Position numbers and translations under genes: made by a program
From: an uncultured Bacilli bacterium
GTDB taxonomy: Bacteria; Bacillota_I; Bacilli_A; RF39; UBA660
Length of the DNA: 64,000 nucleotides
Direction: 5' to 3'
NCBI GenBank assembly: GCA_934120265.1
Contig: CAKOTU010000002.1
Coordinates: forward strand, 40,905-104,904
The notes under the pieces: generated by a model
What the model was told of the DNA's origin: nothing
Database searches by the model: none
Seen by the model: only the letters and a program-made list of their open reading frames with translations
In this document: positions 60,038-64,000 of the stretch, in pieces
Numbering within the stretch: position 1 is the stretch's first letter
Layout: the number at the start of each line of letters is the position of its first letter

Positions 60038-61723
60038 ATGTATCAAGCATTATATAGAAAATATAGACCTATAGATTTTTCTGATGTAGTTGGTCAAGAT
60101 ATAATAGTGAAAACGCTATTAAACTCTTTAAAACTTGGTAATATAAATCACGCTTATTTGTTTACAGGCCCTAGAGGAACTGGTAAAACAAGTATAGCAA
60201 AGATATTAGCAAAATCAGTTAATTGTGAAAACTTAATCGATGGTGTTGCTTGTAATAAGTGCGTAAATTGTACACAAAATATTAATAAAAATCATGTTGA
60301 TGTTATAGAAATAGATGCTGCTTCAAACAATGGGGTAGACGAAATAAGAGAATTACGTAATAAAGTTAATCTAGTACCATCTTTAGGCAAGTATAAAATA
60401 TACATAATTGATGAGGTTCATATGCTTACTACAGGGGCTTTTAATGCTTTATTAAAAACATTAGAAGAACCACCTAAACATGCTATTTTTATATTAGCAA
60501 CGACTGAACCTCAAAAAATACCACTAACTATATTATCAAGGTGTCAACGCTTTGACTTTAAAAAGATAAGCAATAACTATATTTTTAAAAGGTTAAAAGA
60601 TATTTGTGATAAAGAAAATATTAAAATAACAGAAGATAGTATAAGGGAAATAGCAAGATTAGCTGATGGTGGAATGAGAGATTCTTTAAGTATCCTTGAT
60701 CAAGTTTCATCATTTACACAAAATGAAATAACAGTAGAGGATGTTCATTTAATTAACGGAACACTAACACAAGAAGAGTTATCTAAATTTGCAGTAGAAA
60801 TTTTAAATAAAAATGTATATGAAGTATTAAAAAAAATCGATAATTTTGATGAAAATGGTAAAAATTTCACCAAAATATTGGAAGAATTAATCTTATTCTT
60901 CAAAAATGTATTGATAGTTGAAGAAGCTCCCCAATATTTGATTGATACGAATTATGATATTGAAATATATAAAAGTATGGCTGGAATATTATCAAAATTA
61001 GAATTAATCGATATAATAGATACGATGAACCAAAATTTATCTATTATAAAAAAAGGTACAGTACAGAGATTACAATTTGAATTATTGATTTTAAAACTGC
61101 TTAATTATGATAAAGTACAAAATAAACAAGAAAAAATAAATACACCAAAAGTAGATACAAAAATAGATATAAAAGTAAAACCAATAGAAAATAAAAAGGA
61201 ATTAAAATCGGAAGATAATGCTTCAAATAAAATTGATAATTCATTTGTACAAATTAATCAAGAAATAAAAGAAAAATTAAAACAGATAAAAGAAATAAGA
61301 ATAAATAATACTCTAGCAAATTTTAATAAAAAAGAACTAACAAAAGTAAAATCATTAGAAGATGATTTAAAACCACTTTTAATAAATTTAGATTACAGTA
61401 AATATGTATCTATTATTTTAGACGGTAATTTAAAGGCAGCAAGTGAAGATTATCTTATTTACGTATTTAATACAGAAACTGATAGTGACTTATTTAATGA
61501 GAATATTTTAAAAATAGAAGAAATTATTGCTAAGGTTTTTAAACATAACTACAAAGTTATTTCGACAGATAATATTTCCTGGGAAATAATTAAGAAAGAA
61601 TTTAATTCCCATATCAAACAGTATACATATGTTGAGGAAACAGAAAATATAAGTAAAATATTAAAAAATGAAAATAAAAATGAAATAGAAAATTTATTTA
61701 GTGATGCAATAAACTATAATTAG
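60038..61723 (+). CDS. dnaX: DNA polymerase III subunits gamma/tau
   Basis: MYQALYRKYRP start (RBS agaggtga), Walker A GPRGTGKTS, zinc module CNKCVNC, SRC motif. The 3-codon-longer GTG start sits inside the RBS. Confidence 0.9.
   Translation: MYQALYRKYRPIDFSDVVGQDIIVKTLLNSLKLGNINHAYLFTGPRGTGKTSIAKILAKSVNCENLIDGVACNKCVNCTQNINKNHVDVIEIDAASNNGVDEIRELRNKVNLVPSLGKYKIYIIDEVHMLTTGAFNALLKTLEEPPKHAIFILATTEPQKIPLTILSRCQRFDFKKISNNYIFKRLKDICDKENIKITEDSIREIARLADGGMRDSLSILDQVSSFTQNEITVEDVHLINGTLTQEELSKFAVEILNKNVYEVLKKIDNFDENGKNFTKILEELILFFKNVLIVEEAPQYLIDTNYDIEIYKSMAGILSKLELIDIIDTMNQNLSIIKKGTVQRLQFELLILKLLNYDKVQNKQEKINTPKVDTKIDIKVKPIENKKELKSEDNASNKIDNSFVQINQEIKEKLKQIKEIRINNTLANFNKKELTKVKSLEDDLKPLLINLDYSKYVSIILDGNLKAASEDYLIYVFNTETDSDLFNENILKIEEIIAKVFKHNYKVISTDNISWEIIKKEFNSHIKQYTYVEETENISKILKNENKNEIENLFSDAINYN
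61574..61587. promoter_or_regulatory. NBS-like site ATTTCCTGGGAAAT (1 mismatch) inside dnaX
   Basis: 13/14 match to the NBS consensus. The central CCCGGG is degenerate to CCTGGG. Confidence 0.3.
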
Positions 61724-61736
61724 GAGGAAAGATAAT

Positions 61737-62033
61737 ATGAATATGCAAGCTATAATGAAACAAGCTCAAAAATTACAAAAAGATATGTTAGAAGCTCAAA
61801 ATGAAATAAACAATAAAGTATTTGAATCAAAATCATCTTTAGTAAGTGTTAAAATGACAGGCGCTAAAAAATTAGTTGAAGTAAAGATAGATGCTGATAC
61901 AATAGAAAATGATGATATAGAAATGTTAGAAGATATGATTATGGTTGCAGTTAACGATACTTTAAAGCAAATAGAAAAAGAAACCGAAGAAAAATTAGGC
62001 AAATATGCTCAAGGAATGCCAGGTTTATTTTAA
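61737..62033 (+). CDS. ybaB: Nucleoid-associated protein YbaB/EbfC
   Basis: 98 aa. MQAIMKQAQKLQKDM...GMPGLF is the canonical YbaB. Confidence 0.9.
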   Translation: MNMQAIMKQAQKLQKDMLEAQNEINNKVFESKSSLVSVKMTGAKKLVEVKIDADTIENDDIEMLEDMIMVAVNDTLKQIEKETEEKLGKYAQGMPGLF

Positions 62034-62638
62034 TGTATAATTATCCAAAAAGTATAAGAAATTTAATAGATAGTTTAAAAAAATTACCTAGTGTTGGTGA
62101 AAAATCAGCAGAACGAATGGCTTTATCAATATTAGAAGAAGATAAAGATCAAGTTGAGTTTTTTGCTAAGTCTTTATTAGATGCAAAAAATAAAATTAAA
62201 AAATGTAAAATTTGCAATAATTTTTCTGAAGAAGATATTTGTGAAATATGTAGTGATAAAAATCGTAAAAGTGATGTTTTATGTGTTGTAGAATATCCTA
62301 AAAATATAATTATGTTTGAAAGAACAGAATCATTTTCAGGAAAATATCATGTTTTAAATGGGCTTATTTCTCCTTTAGATGGAATAACACCAGATGATAT
62401 AAATATAAAATCTTTAGTTGATAGAGTAGAACAAGAGAATATAAAAGAAATAATTATCGCAGTAAAACCTAGCATAGAAGGTGAAACAACCGCATTATAT
62501 ATTTCAAAAATATTTGAAAATACTCAAGTATTGGTCACTAAAATTGCTCATGGAGTTCCATTAGGAACAGATATGGATTATATCGATACTTTAACTTTAG
62601 AATTAGCTTTAGAAGATAGAAAAAAAATATCTAATTAG
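62033..62638 (+). CDS. recR: Recombination protein RecR
   Basis: HhH (LPSVGEKSAERMA), C4 zinc finger (CKICNNFSEEDICEIC), TOPRIM. Start overlaps the ybaB stop. Confidence 0.9.
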   Translation: MYNYPKSIRNLIDSLKKLPSVGEKSAERMALSILEEDKDQVEFFAKSLLDAKNKIKKCKICNNFSEEDICEICSDKNRKSDVLCVVEYPKNIIMFERTESFSGKYHVLNGLISPLDGITPDDINIKSLVDRVEQENIKEIIIAVKPSIEGETTALYISKIFENTQVLVTKIAHGVPLGTDMDYIDTLTLELALEDRKKISN

Positions 62639-62675
62639 TTGTGTATCTTCATATCATTTATAGAGGTGAAGATAT

Positions 62676-62864
62676 ATGTTAAAAAAAATATTTCAAATAT
62701 TAAAAAAAATAGTTTTTTCAATGTTTTTAATTTATGGTTATAATTTAATTGCAGTACCATTAGGAATTTTGGTACCATTAAATATACTAACTGTCTTATA
62801 TGTTGCTATATTTGGTGTACCAGCATTACTATCATTAATTGCATTGATATTTTTTGTGTTTTGA
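62676..62864 (+). CDS. bofA: BofA-like small membrane protein (pro-sigma-K processing inhibitor family candidate)
   Basis: 62 aa, two TM. The segment GYNLIAVPLGILVPLNILTVLYVAIFGVPALL resembles BofA (VPINLVTTAISGILGIPGIAAL). Position after recR mirrors the Bacillus recR-yaaL-bofA arrangement. Confidence 0.45.
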   Translation: MLKKIFQILKKIVFSMFLIYGYNLIAVPLGILVPLNILTVLYVAIFGVPALLSLIALIFFVF

Positions 62865-62881
62865 TAGAAAGGAAGTATGTT

Positions 62882-63838
62882 ATGCTTAGTGAATATTATG
62901 CAGATAATCATATAGCTTGTGAAATACTATATAGACAGTTAAAAAGTTTAAATATTTCCCATGCTTATATTATAGAAACTAATAATTACTATAGAGGCTA
63001 TGATTTTGCTTTATCGTTTGCTAAAGCCATACTATGTCCTAAAAAAAATGTTGACTATAATCTTTGCGGGAATTGTGATCTTTGTACACAAATTGATAAT
63101 GGTAATAATACAGAGTTGGAAATAGTAAGACCAGATGGTATGTGGATAAAAAAAGATCAATTAAATGGTCTTCAAAAGGATTTTTCTACCAAAGCAGTAA
63201 CGGCATCCACGAAAGTATATATTATAGATCAGGCTGAAAAAATGAACGAAGCTGCAGCTAATTCCATTTTAAAGTTTTTGGAAGAACCTGAAGATAATAT
63301 AGTTGCCATATTAGTTGTTAACAATGCTGAAATGTTACTTGATACAATTTCCTCAAGATGTCAGAAAGTAAAATTAATAAATAAAAAGAATGTAATAGGA
63401 AATACTGATTTAGAACGTGTAGCAAATTATATATTTGATGATAAAACAAAACAGATAGAATTTATTCAAAGTGAACAAAGCAAAAATATGTTAAGTTCTG
63501 TTATTAAATTTATTAAATCTATAGAAAATAATAAAAGAGATACACTTTTAAAAGAAAATACAATATGTTCAATAATTTTAAAGGATAAACTCTTGTTTCA
63601 AGAGTATTTAAAAATATTGCTTTTATTGTATAATGAAGCTTTGAATTATACAATAATCAAATCAGAAAAAATATTTGTAGAGAATAGAGACGTATTAGAA
63701 TTAATAGTTTCTAAAAATGATACAGATAGTTTAGCAAACAAAATATTAACAATATTAAAAATAGAGGAGAGATTAAAATATAATTGTAATCTTAACTTAG
63801 TATTAGATAAATTAATTTTAATGTTAGAAGGTGATTAG
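62882..63838 (+). CDS. holB: DNA polymerase III delta-prime subunit
   Basis: SHAYIIE start region, zinc module CPKKNVDYNLCGNCDLC, Walker-B-like VYIIDQAEKM, SRC. ATG 62882 with RBS aaaggaag. The upstream TTG lies in the RBS. Confidence 0.85.
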   Translation: MLSEYYADNHIACEILYRQLKSLNISHAYIIETNNYYRGYDFALSFAKAILCPKKNVDYNLCGNCDLCTQIDNGNNTELEIVRPDGMWIKKDQLNGLQKDFSTKAVTASTKVYIIDQAEKMNEAAANSILKFLEEPEDNIVAILVVNNAEMLLDTISSRCQKVKLINKKNVIGNTDLERVANYIFDDKTKQIEFIQSEQSKNMLSSVIKFIKSIENNKRDTLLKENTICSIILKDKLLFQEYLKILLLLYNEALNYTIIKSEKIFVENRDVLELIVSKNDTDSLANKILTILKIEERLKYNCNLNLVLDKLILMLEGD

Positions 63839-64000
63839 ATGATAGAAGTAGTTGGAGTTAAATTTAATAATAATAAAACTGTATATAATTTTTTACCAGG
63901 TAATAAAAAACTGAAAAAGGGTATTACTGTAATTGTAGAAACAGAAAAAGGCTTAGAGTTTGGTACTGTCGAATTAGAAAACTATGATATAGATGAAAAA
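63839..64000 (+). CDS. ricT: PSP1-domain protein RicT/YaaT, 5' partial (runs off the window)
   Basis: MIEVVGVKFNNNKTVYNFLPG...VIVETEKGLEFGTVEL aligns to B. subtilis YaaT MYEVVGVRFKKAGKIYYFDP...VIVETVRGIEYGEV. ATG immediately after the holB stop. Confidence 0.6.
   Translation, partial: MIEVVGVKFNNNKTVYNFLPGNKKLKKGITVIVETEKGLEFGTVELENYDIDEK

Noticed and set aside
1-64000. Mobile elements, prophage, integrons, CRISPR-Cas, restriction-modification or toxin-antitoxin loci
   Set aside because: No transposase/integrase/recombinase ORFs, no direct-repeat arrays with spacers, and no methyltransferase or nuclease pairs were seen. Gene order is conserved core origin-region synteny throughout.

Overview
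Very AT-rich (roughly 27-30% GC by eye) chromosomal window from a Gram-positive endospore-former (Firmicutes; Clostridia/Erysipelotrichia-like). It spans the replication origin. Most of it is conserved core genome. On the minus strand lies the classic origin-proximal block rpmH-rnpA-yidC-jag-mnmE-mnmG-rsmG-noc. oriC DnaA-box clusters flank dnaA, followed by dnaA-dnaN-(comK-like)-recF-gyrB-gyrA, then tadA-dnaX-ybaB-recR-(bofA-like)-holB-ricT'. The first ~34 kb carries cell-wall and sporulation genes: cotJ operon, ddl, typA, tagO-like, mbl/mreB, spoIIID, spoIIQ-like, spoIID, three M23 peptidases, MurJ/SpoVB-like flippase, FemAB, an alr/ATP-grasp pair, murA, spoIIR. It also carries housekeeping genes (rpmE, mntP, rlmH, walJ-like, replicative helicase, rplI, whiA, trxB, lgt, uvrB, pyk). 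Non-coding features are a tRNA-His, a short-form SRP RNA and several intrinsic terminators. The most notable sequence-level signals are four tightly clustered parS palindromes and exact Noc-binding sites. These partner with a Noc-type ParB paralog that carries a large disordered insertion and has no soj/spo0J next to it. A ComK-family gene sits where yaaA normally lies between dnaN and recF. A translationally coupled alanine-racemase/ATP-grasp pair lies beside a FemAB gene. No mobile elements, CRISPR arrays or recognisable defence systems were seen.
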